Source: Flavobacterium sp.
GTDB lineage: Bacteria; Bacteroidota; Bacteroidia; Flavobacteriales; Flavobacteriaceae
Direction of reading: 5' to 3'
DNA length: 64,000 nucleotides
Assembly: GCF_044357305.1 (NCBI RefSeq)
Contig: NZ_JBIKPS010000009.1
Location: 20,032 to 84,031, forward strand
A program made the position numbers and the translations under genes. Below are positions 29,462 to 37,783 of the stretch, one piece after another (position 1 is the stretch's first letter; each line of letters opens with the position of its first letter). The notes under the pieces are model-generated. The model saw only the letters and a list, made by a program, of their open reading frames with translations. It did not search any database and was not told the DNA's origin.

Positions 29462-31126
29462 TTATTTATTGTTGTCGGTAATTACTTTCCCATCTTTCAT
29501 AGCTATTACTCGGGTACATTTTTGTTTCCAATAGTTATTTTTGGAAGAGACAATAACAGTCCATTTATTTTTTGCATCCGTTATAAAGTCGATTATTTCC
29601 ATAGCTGCTTTTTCATCCATTTTGTCCAGAGGATCTTCATAGAATAATACTTTTGGTTTATTTATAATACTTCGAGCCAAAATTATTTTTTGTGCATTAG
29701 AAGAAGATAATTGTCTGCCATCGGGGAAGATTTTTGTGCTTAAACCTTCGGGTAATGATTTGATAAACGAACTTAATTGTGCATTTTCAATCGCCCATTT
29801 TAGGTCTTCATGAGAAAGGTTAGGACTATTAAACGTTATGTTTTCTAGTATTGTTCCTTCAAATGGCATTTCACCTTGAATAATTGTTCCAATTTGCGAT
29901 CGATAATTATTAAAATCTATTTTTCTATAAGTGTCATCATTTATAAAAAACGATCCTGAAATTGGTTGTAAAAACCCAGATAGAATTCGTATTAAAGTCG
30001 TTTTTCCTGATCCATTAGGGCCTTCGAGAAATATTTTTTCCGATTGATCTATTTTTAAATTTATAGTATTCAATATATCATTGCTGGAATCTGGAAATTT
30101 GAAACTTAAGTTTTCTGCTTCAATGCAAATATTGGTGAAACAATAATCTTGCTCTTTTGTTGTTGGTTTTTCAATGTTTAAATCTACAATTTGTCCAATT
30201 TTTTCAACCGAAGTAAGCACATCGTACAAGCTTTCTAATCCAACAATAATTTTTTCAACAGAATTTATTACCAGTAAAATAATTATTTCAGCAGCTACAA
30301 ATTGCCCAATATTCATTTCTTGATTTAGTACTAAATAGCCACCAATTAAAAGCAAACTAGCCGTAATAATAACTTTAAATCCTATTAGTTGAACAAATTG
30401 CCTTTTGATGATTTTAAAATGTTTTTCTCTATGCGATAAATATTCTTCTACAAGAGAGTCATTTTTTTGAAGAGCAAATTCAAAGTTTTCTTTTTTTCGA
30501 AAACTAAAATTATTTCGAGCTATTTCTTGAAGCCAACCCGCAACTTTATATTTGTACTTAGATTCTTTTAAACTGGTTGAGAGTCCAGAATTGTAAGAAA
30601 ATTTAAAAATAGAGTAAAGCAATAGTAACAGAAATATTCCAAAAAACACAAAAAAGGAATGGTATAAAGAAAGTAAAATTATTCCGAAAATAATTTGCAA
30701 TATTGCGGTAGAAAAATCAATTAATAGTTTTGAAGTTCCTTTTTGAATCGTTAAAGTATCAAAAAAACGATTGGCTAATTCGGGTGGATATTTATCGTAT
30801 AATTCTTCAAAAGTGATTTTAGGCAAACGATATCCAAATTCAAACGAGGAACGAACAAATATTTTTTGTTGAAGGTTTTCGGTAATTCGTAGTTGCATTA
30901 AAGACAAAATTCCAACTAAGGCTACACCAATTACAACTACAAAAATAAGCACAAACCAAGAAATACTTGTTCGTCCTGCCTGAATTAAATTGATTATAGC
31001 TTGAATCCCTAAAGGTAAAGAAAGACTTACCAATCCGGAAAAAATGGCATAGAAAAAAATCTGTGAGATGTCTCTTTTATCTAATTTTAATAAATTAAAA
31101 TAACGTTTTAATGGCGATGGATTCAT
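29462..31126 (-). CDS. Type I secretion-like ABC transporter (TMD+NBD) with degenerate catalytic motifs
   Basis: Six-TM domain with IGQFVAAE; Walker A GPNGSGKTT; signature LSSSN, Walker B LFYED and switch region VSSK. Confidence 0.88.
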   Translation of the reverse strand: MNPSPLKRYFNLLKLDKRDISQIFFYAIFSGLVSLSLPLGIQAIINLIQAGRTSISWFVLIFVVVIGVALVGILSLMQLRITENLQQKIFVRSSFEFGYRLPKITFEELYDKYPPELANRFFDTLTIQKGTSKLLIDFSTAILQIIFGIILLSLYHSFFVFFGIFLLLLLYSIFKFSYNSGLSTSLKESKYKYKVAGWLQEIARNNFSFRKKENFEFALQKNDSLVEEYLSHREKHFKIIKRQFVQLIGFKVIITASLLLIGGYLVLNQEMNIGQFVAAEIIILLVINSVEKIIVGLESLYDVLTSVEKIGQIVDLNIEKPTTKEQDYCFTNICIEAENLSFKFPDSSNDILNTINLKIDQSEKIFLEGPNGSGKTTLIRILSGFLQPISGSFFINDDTYRKIDFNNYRSQIGTIIQGEMPFEGTILENITFNSPNLSHEDLKWAIENAQLSSFIKSLPEGLSTKIFPDGRQLSSSNAQKIILARSIINKPKVLFYEDPLDKMDEKAAMEIIDFITDAKNKWTVIVSSKNNYWKQKCTRVIAMKDGKVITDNNK

Positions 31127-31132
31127 AATGCT

Positions 31133-31804
31133 TTATCTTAAAGTAGTTTCAATTAAATTGAGGTAAAAGGCGGTTGGAGAATTATCTTTATCACAATCTG
31201 TTATTGTTTTTAAATGATCTTTTAAAAAATGTTGGTGTAATGCTCCTTCAATTATTGACGAGGCTAATGTTTTTGCAAAAATATAATTTGGGTTTACCTC
31301 ATGTATCATTTCTATTATTCTATTTATTACTCTTTTGTAAATTAGGAAGAAACCTTCTTTATTTTCCTCATCTATTTCTTTGGTAATAATGGTTTTAGTA
31401 AATTCCTGAATGATTATTTTATTCAAAATAGACTCGTTAATATGCAACGTGGTGCTGTCATCTTCCACCTTTTCAGTCACTATGGTAATAGCCTTTTTCA
31501 ATCGCTCCATAGGATTTGAAACATTATTTGTAGCAAAAACCATTTTGTATTCTATCCAACCCCAATACCAAGACGATAGGTATAGCATTAGTTTGTGTTT
31601 GTTTTCAAAATAGCGATAGATAGAGCTTTCGTTAGATTGAATTCGTTCTCCCAATTTTTTGAAGGTAAAATTTTCAAAGCCTATTTCATCAATTAAAAGA
31701 ATACTTTGTTCGATAATTTTTTTTCCTAATTCAGAGGTCTCCGGATTTTTAACATATAGTTTTGAATTCACCGAAATTATAATATTAGAAAGCATGTTTT
31801 GCAT
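31133..31804 (-). CDS. TetR/AcrR family transcriptional regulator
   Basis: GFENFTFKKLG..IQSNESSIYRYFENK helix-turn-helix. Confidence 0.9.
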   Translation of the reverse strand: MQNMLSNIIISVNSKLYVKNPETSELGKKIIEQSILLIDEIGFENFTFKKLGERIQSNESSIYRYFENKHKLMLYLSSWYWGWIEYKMVFATNNVSNPMERLKKAITIVTEKVEDDSTTLHINESILNKIIIQEFTKTIITKEIDEENKEGFFLIYKRVINRIIEMIHEVNPNYIFAKTLASSIIEGALHQHFLKDHLKTITDCDKDNSPTAFYLNLIETTLR

Positions 31805-31955
31805 AAAATGATATATTTATACGCAAAGATAATAGTAATACTATTAAAAAAGAAATTTTAACTTTTAATTATAACAAAAGAGATTCAAATTAATGAACCT
31901 CTTTTGTTTTTCTATATCCTAATCGGTTTTTAAACCTCTTAGTTATTTTTTTTAA

Positions 31956-32076
31956 CTGAAGCGAATGGCTTGCGCATTTTAGAAAATGCAATTCCCGCTT
32001 TTCGTTGCAATCTGTCATTGCGAGGGACGAAGCAATCTCATAACAAATTGATATACGCAATGCCAGGATTTCCACT
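31956..32076. repeat. ~120-bp direct repeat, copy 2
   Basis: Near-identical to 26517-26639. Confidence 0.9.
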
Positions 32077-32090
32077 TTAATCGGGGCTAT

Positions 32091-32391
32091 TTAGCAATGG
32101 TATTGAATAGAGGCACTATTTCTAAGAAACTTCTGCTTCAAGTTGTCATTCTGACCAAGGAAGAATCCCAAACAAAACATAAAAAAACCACCAAAATCAC
32201 TTTTGATGGTTTCTGTTATTTCAATAAGTAAAACCGTTGTGTTACTTCGTGCAACCTTTGTGGCTCTTTGTGTTACAGTATAAAGTACTTTCACAAAGTT
32301 TCACTAAGAATTAAACTGTAATAGCTTGAGTTTATTTGCAAATCCGCCTATCGTTTTATTGATCCGAAGTCAGGAGACTTCGGATAGCGGG
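32091..32391. repeat. ~300-bp direct repeat, copy A
   Basis: About 11 differences from 33480-33780 by eye; ends in the hairpin atccgaagtc-agga-gacttcggat followed by agcggg. Confidence 0.95.
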
Positions 32392-32429
32392 GGAGCTAGA
32401 CAGGTTTTGTCTTTTGTAAAATCATTAGT

Positions 32430-32463
32430 TTACAACAACGAATGTTTTGTCATTACTTCTGGT
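32430..32463 (-). pseudogene. Relic duplicate of the gpmI 3' end (encodes PEVMTKHSLL-stop)
   Basis: 31/34 nt identical to 38678-38711 in the same orientation. Confidence 0.85.
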
Positions 32464-32502
32464 ATTTTTAAACACAAATTTAATTAGAAGAAGTAGGATA
32501 GA

Positions 32503-33111
32503 TTATGCCTTCAATAGAATTAAATCATAATACATTAAACGAGTTTCTAATTTGGAATTAGTAGCTATTCCTGTAAACTCTTTTTCTTGTTCTTCACTAC
32601 TAAATAAAGGAATAAATTCGTTGTCAGAATAATATTTTAAAGGTCCAGATTCGTTATAAGAATCCACAACAATAAAACGGCAGCCAGTTTTATTTGAACC
32701 ATCAATGAACCAAGATTTAATAAAATCCATCAATTGTTTGCCTATTCTTTCCGTTTCCTCTTTTAGGAATCGGTAGTTTTTATTTACCCCAAGTCTTCCA
32801 ATTAAAACAGCAGGATAGGATTTCATTTGTTTCTGTCTCGGAATGTTTTGAATTATTTTTTTCTTTCGTGCATTAGGTAAAAGAAATGTTTTTATACTAT
32901 CGTTGGAAATAGTGAAAGCACACACAATAATTTCTGGAGTTGCATCTAAAGTAAAACAATAGGTTTTGCCCAATAATTCAGAGGAATAATTTAAGGCGTC
33001 ATTACAGAAAAAATCATTTAAATCGGTATTGTCACAATCAAAAGGTAGACATGAATTAATGACTTCGCTGTTATAGATTTTCAGCGTGCATTTATCGAGA
33101 AGAAAGCCCAA
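32503..33111 (-). CDS. GNAT-fold acetyltransferase, toxin-like
   Basis: FDCDNTDLNDFF, YPAVLIGRLGV and GCRFIVVDSY..YY..NEF resemble AtaT/TacT-type GNATs; TTG start. Confidence 0.8.
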   Translation of the reverse strand: MGFLLDKCTLKIYNSEVINSCLPFDCDNTDLNDFFCNDALNYSSELLGKTYCFTLDATPEIIVCAFTISNDSIKTFLLPNARKKKIIQNIPRQKQMKSYPAVLIGRLGVNKNYRFLKEETERIGKQLMDFIKSWFIDGSNKTGCRFIVVDSYNESGPLKYYSDNEFIPLFSSEEQEKEFTGIATNSKLETRLMYYDLILLKA

Positions 33112-33118
33112 TGTATAA

Positions 33119-33274
33119 TTATATTTTCGCTTTCGCTAAAATTTTAGACGCAACAACCGATTGCTTAGAAAAATCTACAGAAGATTTTTTTGCAGTATTT
33201 AAAGCAACTGCCGAAGTAAAAACTTGTGCAGGTTTGTCTCTTAAAACAGGTATTGATTTGATTGCAATAGCCAT
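33119..33274 (-). CDS. 51-aa protein upstream of the GNAT gene (putative antitoxin); missing from the ORF track
   Basis: Hand translation MAIAIKSIPVLRDKPAQVFTSAVALNTAKKSSVDFSKQSVVASKILAKAKI; a TACTTTTG promoter at 33296-33303; 7 nt to the GNAT start. Confidence 0.75.
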   Translation of the reverse strand: MAIAIKSIPVLRDKPAQVFTSAVALNTAKKSSVDFSKQSVVASKILAKAKI

Positions 33275-33443
33275 AATTAAATTAGTTTAATAATGCAAAA
33301 GTAAATTAATCATTAAAAATAACAATACAATGAACTAAAATTTAACAATATCTCCCCGCCAGTGTCATCCAACATAGGAGAAATCTCATAATAGTGACAG
33401 TATATCTGATAGCCTTGCGGGTGCCTATCCTCGAGATTTATTG

Positions 33444-33467
33444 ATCCGAAGTCTGGAGACTTCGGAT
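33444..33467. repeat. REP-like hairpin ATCCGAAGTC-N4-GACTTCGGAT (also at 32362-32385 and 33751-33774)
   Basis: Perfect 10-bp stem; three copies, each followed by AGCGGG. Confidence 0.85.
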
Positions 33468-33479
33468 AGCGGGAGCTAG

Positions 33480-33780
33480 TTAGCAATGGTATTGAATAGA
33501 GGCACTATTTCTAAGAAACTTCTGCTTCAAGTTGTCATTCTGACGAAGCAAGAATCCCAAACAAAACATAAAAAAACCACCAAAATCACTTTTGATGGTT
33601 TCTGTTATTTCAATAAGTAAAACCTTTGTGTTACTTCGTGCAACCTTTGTGGCTCTTTGTGTTACAGTATAAAGTTCTTTCACAAAGTTTCACTAAGATT
33701 TAAACTGCAATAGCTTGAGTTTATTTACAAATCTGCCTATCGTTTTATTGATCCGAAGTCAGGAGACTTCAGATAGCGGG
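33480..33780. repeat. ~300-bp direct repeat, copy B
   Basis: Offset of 1389 nt from copy A. Confidence 0.95.
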
Positions 33781-33781
33781 A

Positions 33782-33991
33782 GGTCAGTATAGAGTTTCGG
33801 TAAGACCTTATTGAGCTTCGGTAGGTCAGTATAGAGTTTCGGTAAGACCTTATAGAGCTACGGTAGGTCAATATAGGTTTTCGGTAGGTCAGTATAGAGT
33901 TTCGGTAGGTCAGTATAGAGCTTCGGTAGGTCAATATAGGTTTTCGGTAAGACCTTATAGAGCTTCGGTAAGTCAATATAGAGTTTCGGTA
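33782..33991. repeat. 10 x 21-bp tandem array
   Basis: Consensus GGTCAGT-ATAGAGT-TTCGGTA with recurring variants; every unit ends in CGGTA. Confidence 0.95.
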
Positions 33992-34050
33992 AGGCTTAAT
34001 GCTTTTTACATAAGGCTTAATGCTTTTTACATAAGGCTTAATGCCTTATA
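33991..34050. repeat. Second 21-bp tandem repeat, about 2.8 copies
   Basis: aaggcttaatgctttttacat twice, then aaggcttaatgccttata. Confidence 0.9.
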
Positions 34051-34127
34051 ATTTTGTTTTTTTTGCCACAGATTCTCACGGATGCCACGGATTTTTTAGA
34101 ATGCCACCGTTTTGACATTTAAACGTA

Positions 34128-34158
34128 AAAGCCACAAACGAATTTGTGGCCTTTAAAA
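34128..34158 (-). terminator. Probable terminator after the T9SS gene
   Basis: Stem gccacaaa/tttgtggc with a U-tract on the minus strand. Confidence 0.55.
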
Positions 34159-34176
34159 AAATACTAACTGAAACTT

Positions 34177-35862
34177 TTATTGTTTTACAATTTTAAAAAC
34201 CTGTTCTTTATTTTCAGTTTCTGCCTTAATAATATAATTGCCAGAAGGCAAAATAGTTAAATCCATATTGAACTCACTACTGTTCTTAAACTGATTAATT
34301 AACAATTGCCCAAGCACATTATAAACAGAAATTTGTTTTAGTATCTCATTAGATTTTATCGTTATAAAATCCTTAACTGGATTCGGGTTGAAATCAATCG
34401 TTAGTAATTGATTTTGATTAACTCCTAAACCTAGTGTTACAGTTATTGCTAATCTTGGACCTTCGCAACCATTAACTGTTTGACTAACATAATAAGTTGT
34501 ACCAGAAACTAAGGGAGTTGTATTTGAAATGGCACTATTTCCAGCGGAAGTGCTATACCATTGAATATTCGTCCCGGTCACAATAAGATTAGCTAGTGTG
34601 TTACCAGTACTAAATGTTTGACTTGAAGTTCCAGTCGGAGCACTCGTTGTATTTAGTATTGTAGCGCTTGTAGTTGAAGAACAGGAACCATTAGTAATTA
34701 CACAAGTATAACTTCCAGAAGCAGTAGCAGAATAAGTAGCTGACGTTGCTCCTGAAATAGTCACTCCGTCCTTTTTCCACTGATAACTGTTAGATGAGCC
34801 TGCAGGCACTGTTAATAGTTGAGACCCACAAAAAGAATTTGTTCCGTTAGGACTCATTACAAAAGAACTTGATAATACCGTTACATCCGATGTTTTTGTA
34901 CAACCTGATGAACTGTCTGTAACTTTAACGGCATAACTACCCGTAGCAGTAGGTAAATAATTGATATTTATTCCACTTACAATAGTATTTCCATTTAAAG
35001 TCCACTGATAGGTTAAATTAGTTCCTGAATTAGCAACCAAATTAAAATTACTTGAAGCACATACCAAAACCTGCCCAGAAGGAGTCATTGTTGCAATTGG
35101 TAATGGTTTAAATGTAATATTTATTGCGTCTGTATAAGTTGTGTTATCTAATGTCGCAGAAACACCATAATCGCCCGCTAATGTTGGAGTAAAGGTAACA
35201 GATTGTCCGTGAGTGCCATCAAACCAAGTAGGAGTAAATCCATTTGGCCCTGCATAATTTAGGGTTACAGGTGTATCAGGACAAATTTGTAACGCATCAC
35301 CTTCTTGAACTAAATTGGCATTAGGGTTCGCTCCATATGGAAAAACCACTTTTTTAAATAAAGGTCCCCAATTATTATTTACATCTTTTGCACGAATGTT
35401 AAATAATATTGGTCCTGAAGCAATATCCCAAGTGGCTTGAGTTCTAAAAATGGTTTCTACAGCCTCGTCAAGTGCACCGTCAAAAGCTACAATAGTAGTT
35501 CCGCTGCCTTCTCCTGGATCAAAATTACCAAAGAAATATTCAAACTTAGTAAGTTTTATTTGTCTTGAATTAGAAGTATTTGGCATAACAAACATAACTT
35601 TTTTGAAAATGGGACCCCATAAGTTACTTCCATCTTTTACCCTAATATTAAATAATACAGGTCCAATATTTGTTTGAGTATTAACATAATTTGCAATTAT
35701 ACTTTCCACCCTTTCATTAAACACTCCATCTTCTGCAATTAATATTGTACCGTTACCATTTCCAGGGTCAATAGTTCCCCAAAAATATTCTGCTGCAGTA
35801 ATTTTTTGCTGTGCATTAATACAACTGCCTACTAATAAAAATAATAGTATTAACTTTTTCAT
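34177..35862 (-). CDS. T9SS type-A CTD protein with two EYF..DPG.G.GT repeats and Ig-like domains
   Basis: Signal peptide; duplicated ~80-aa N-terminal unit; Thr/Ser-rich Ig-like modules; CTD FNPNPVKD..ISVYNVLGQ..LPSGNYIIK..VFKIVKQ. Confidence 0.88.
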   Translation of the reverse strand: MKKLILLFLLVGSCINAQQKITAAEYFWGTIDPGNGNGTILIAEDGVFNERVESIIANYVNTQTNIGPVLFNIRVKDGSNLWGPIFKKVMFVMPNTSNSRQIKLTKFEYFFGNFDPGEGSGTTIVAFDGALDEAVETIFRTQATWDIASGPILFNIRAKDVNNNWGPLFKKVVFPYGANPNANLVQEGDALQICPDTPVTLNYAGPNGFTPTWFDGTHGQSVTFTPTLAGDYGVSATLDNTTYTDAINITFKPLPIATMTPSGQVLVCASSNFNLVANSGTNLTYQWTLNGNTIVSGININYLPTATGSYAVKVTDSSSGCTKTSDVTVLSSSFVMSPNGTNSFCGSQLLTVPAGSSNSYQWKKDGVTISGATSATYSATASGSYTCVITNGSCSSTTSATILNTTSAPTGTSSQTFSTGNTLANLIVTGTNIQWYSTSAGNSAISNTTPLVSGTTYYVSQTVNGCEGPRLAITVTLGLGVNQNQLLTIDFNPNPVKDFITIKSNEILKQISVYNVLGQLLINQFKNSSEFNMDLTILPSGNYIIKAETENKEQVFKIVKQ

Positions 35863-35867
35863 ACTAC

Positions 35868-37208
35868 TTAATTTTTATGGTATCCTTTAGCTTTAATATC
35901 TATACTTTGACCAGGAAACAAATCCGTTGGCATATCTAAATCAAAAATAAACGCTTTGCTATTATTCGAGTTTGATGTCGGATTGTAATTTAATAGTGAA
36001 TATGGACCTCCATTTCTTCCCCTATCATTAATTGTTAAATCAATGTCGTAAAATTGGTGATTAGGATTTCCTCCATCAATTTCGTTAGCTGGTCCTTGAA
36101 TATTTGTTAAATTTAAAGGAGAACCAGATGTAGGGTTAATGAATGCTGTTTGAAGTCCATTATATGAAAAATCAAAAAATCCTGGAACGTTAATATTGGG
36201 AAAATTATTAGACCCTAAAGAAACCCAGCCATAACACATGAAATTAGGAGGCATGGTTGGATTGTTTTGCCCATTTATATAATACCATCCACTAGGTCCA
36301 TTACAACACCAGTTCCATGAAGGCATCCATTCATTGTAGCTCATAGGTGAGTTTGGCAAAGTAGTATAACTTTGTTGATAAAATAAACCACAATTACCAC
36401 TAGATGCTGTCACAAACCCATTAATAAATTTATTACTAGAAAAAATAATATTGTATCTTGGCACACTTGAAATGGAAAAATTTAACACACAATTATCTGT
36501 AAATTCATTATTTGTTATGTAGTTTTTTATATTTTCATTTGCATTCCATCTTCTAAAAGATAAATCCCGCATAGAATTATTTGCTACTACCACAGGATAA
36601 TCATTATTGAAAACCCCAATCAAAAACTGTACTTGATTTGCTATTATTAAATTACGTTCAGTTATGTTAGGATTATCTTGAGGCTCATCCATTAGAGAAA
36701 TTTGTTTTGTTATATTCTTTATTACATTACCATTTCTAAAAATAATCCCGTTTGTAATTTGATTTTCAATAAAATTCACTTGATAATAATCATTATCAAA
36801 CGATAAATATTCCGAACTACAATTTATAATACTTATTTTACTTCTGTTTGAAGCTATGCCTCCTATTATTGGACTAGCATTAAATGAATAAATACCTAAA
36901 TTAAATCCTATTATTTCTAATTTCATTCCTGCAAAACCACTAATAATAATATTTGCATTGAAATTAATTGTTGTGCCAGGAGTTTGGGGCATTATCTGTA
37001 GTGATTTTGAAATTGTTAACTCTGGTTCATTATAGGTTGTAGAAGCAATAATTATTCTATCCCCGTTTACTGCAGCATTTACAGCGGAAGTAATTGAAGT
37101 GAATAAAGTAGTTCCATTACCTGCGGAAAGGTTGGGGTCAACAAAACGGTCTGTAGCAAAAATGCTGGTAGCCGTAAGAAAAGTTAAAATTGTAAAGATT
37201 TTTTTCAT
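35868..37208 (-). CDS. Secreted protein with a predicted right-handed beta-helix; no T9SS CTD
   Basis: Signal peptide; FTSITSAVNAAVNGDRIII..YNE start typical of parallel beta-helices; Asn-rich; IDGGNP..DIDLTINDRG.NGG near the C-terminus. Confidence 0.7.
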   Translation of the reverse strand: MKKIFTILTFLTATSIFATDRFVDPNLSAGNGTTLFTSITSAVNAAVNGDRIIIASTTYNEPELTISKSLQIMPQTPGTTINFNANIIISGFAGMKLEIIGFNLGIYSFNASPIIGGIASNRSKISIINCSSEYLSFDNDYYQVNFIENQITNGIIFRNGNVIKNITKQISLMDEPQDNPNITERNLIIANQVQFLIGVFNNDYPVVVANNSMRDLSFRRWNANENIKNYITNNEFTDNCVLNFSISSVPRYNIIFSSNKFINGFVTASSGNCGLFYQQSYTTLPNSPMSYNEWMPSWNWCCNGPSGWYYINGQNNPTMPPNFMCYGWVSLGSNNFPNINVPGFFDFSYNGLQTAFINPTSGSPLNLTNIQGPANEIDGGNPNHQFYDIDLTINDRGRNGGPYSLLNYNPTSNSNNSKAFIFDLDMPTDLFPGQSIDIKAKGYHKN

Positions 37209-37274
37209 GGTTATTTTATGTAAAATTGATTTTTTTTATTCGTGTATAATTTTGGAAAGCTTAAATAGACAACA

Positions 37275-37595
37275 TTAATTATTACGGTCACAGAAAACTA
37301 AAGATTTACATATTCGTTTACTTTTTGGACATTTTCTTAAACCTAAAGAAAAGGATTTGTTTTTTATAAGTTGACTAACTACATTATTTACTGACTGACA
37401 AGTGTTTGCATGACCTATTACATTTTTATGAGTTCTTATCCAAACATCGAGTGATTTTGGTTTTGGATGTAGACTTAAGATTACTTTATTTGATCCTATA
37501 ATCATATATTCAATTTTGCTTTCTTTGAAGTGTGCTATTAAATCCTGAATAGGAATTGTTTTATTATTAGCATGTGGTAATATTATTTGTTCCAT
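37275..37595 (-). CDS. Hypothetical 106-aa basic protein with C-terminal CPxSxRxC
   Basis: ATG start, no competing ORF, same strand as the downstream pair; TAAGTTTG promoter-like box at 37693-37700. Confidence 0.65.
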   Translation of the reverse strand: MEQIILPHANNKTIPIQDLIAHFKESKIEYMIIGSNKVILSLHPKPKSLDVWIRTHKNVIGHANTCQSVNNVVSQLIKNKSFSLGLRKCPKSKRICKSLVFCDRNN

Positions 37596-37783
37596 TTTCC
37601 ATTTTTTATTAATTAGCCCGCCTAATGAGTTTCGTATAAATATTTTTACATTTATTTATTGTCTTGAAATAGTTGCTTTACGTAATTTCCTACAAACTTA
37701 CAATTGGAATTAAGAAAAAAACTTTTGTAAAATTTCTTTAATTGAATAAAAACGTCTAATTTTGAACTATTAATACTTTTATC

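Noticed and set aside
32091-32294. Near-identical 67-aa ORFs at 32091-32294 and 33480-33683
   Set aside because: Their similarity comes from the DNA repeat; there is no independent evidence of coding.
33737-33976. 79-aa heptad-repeat ORF as a real protein
   Set aside because: It is entirely explained by the 21-bp array; no promoter or family motif supports it. Kept only as a testable possibility.
33782-33991. CRISPR array
   Set aside because: Units are contiguous with no unique spacers, variants recur, and no cas genes are present in the window.
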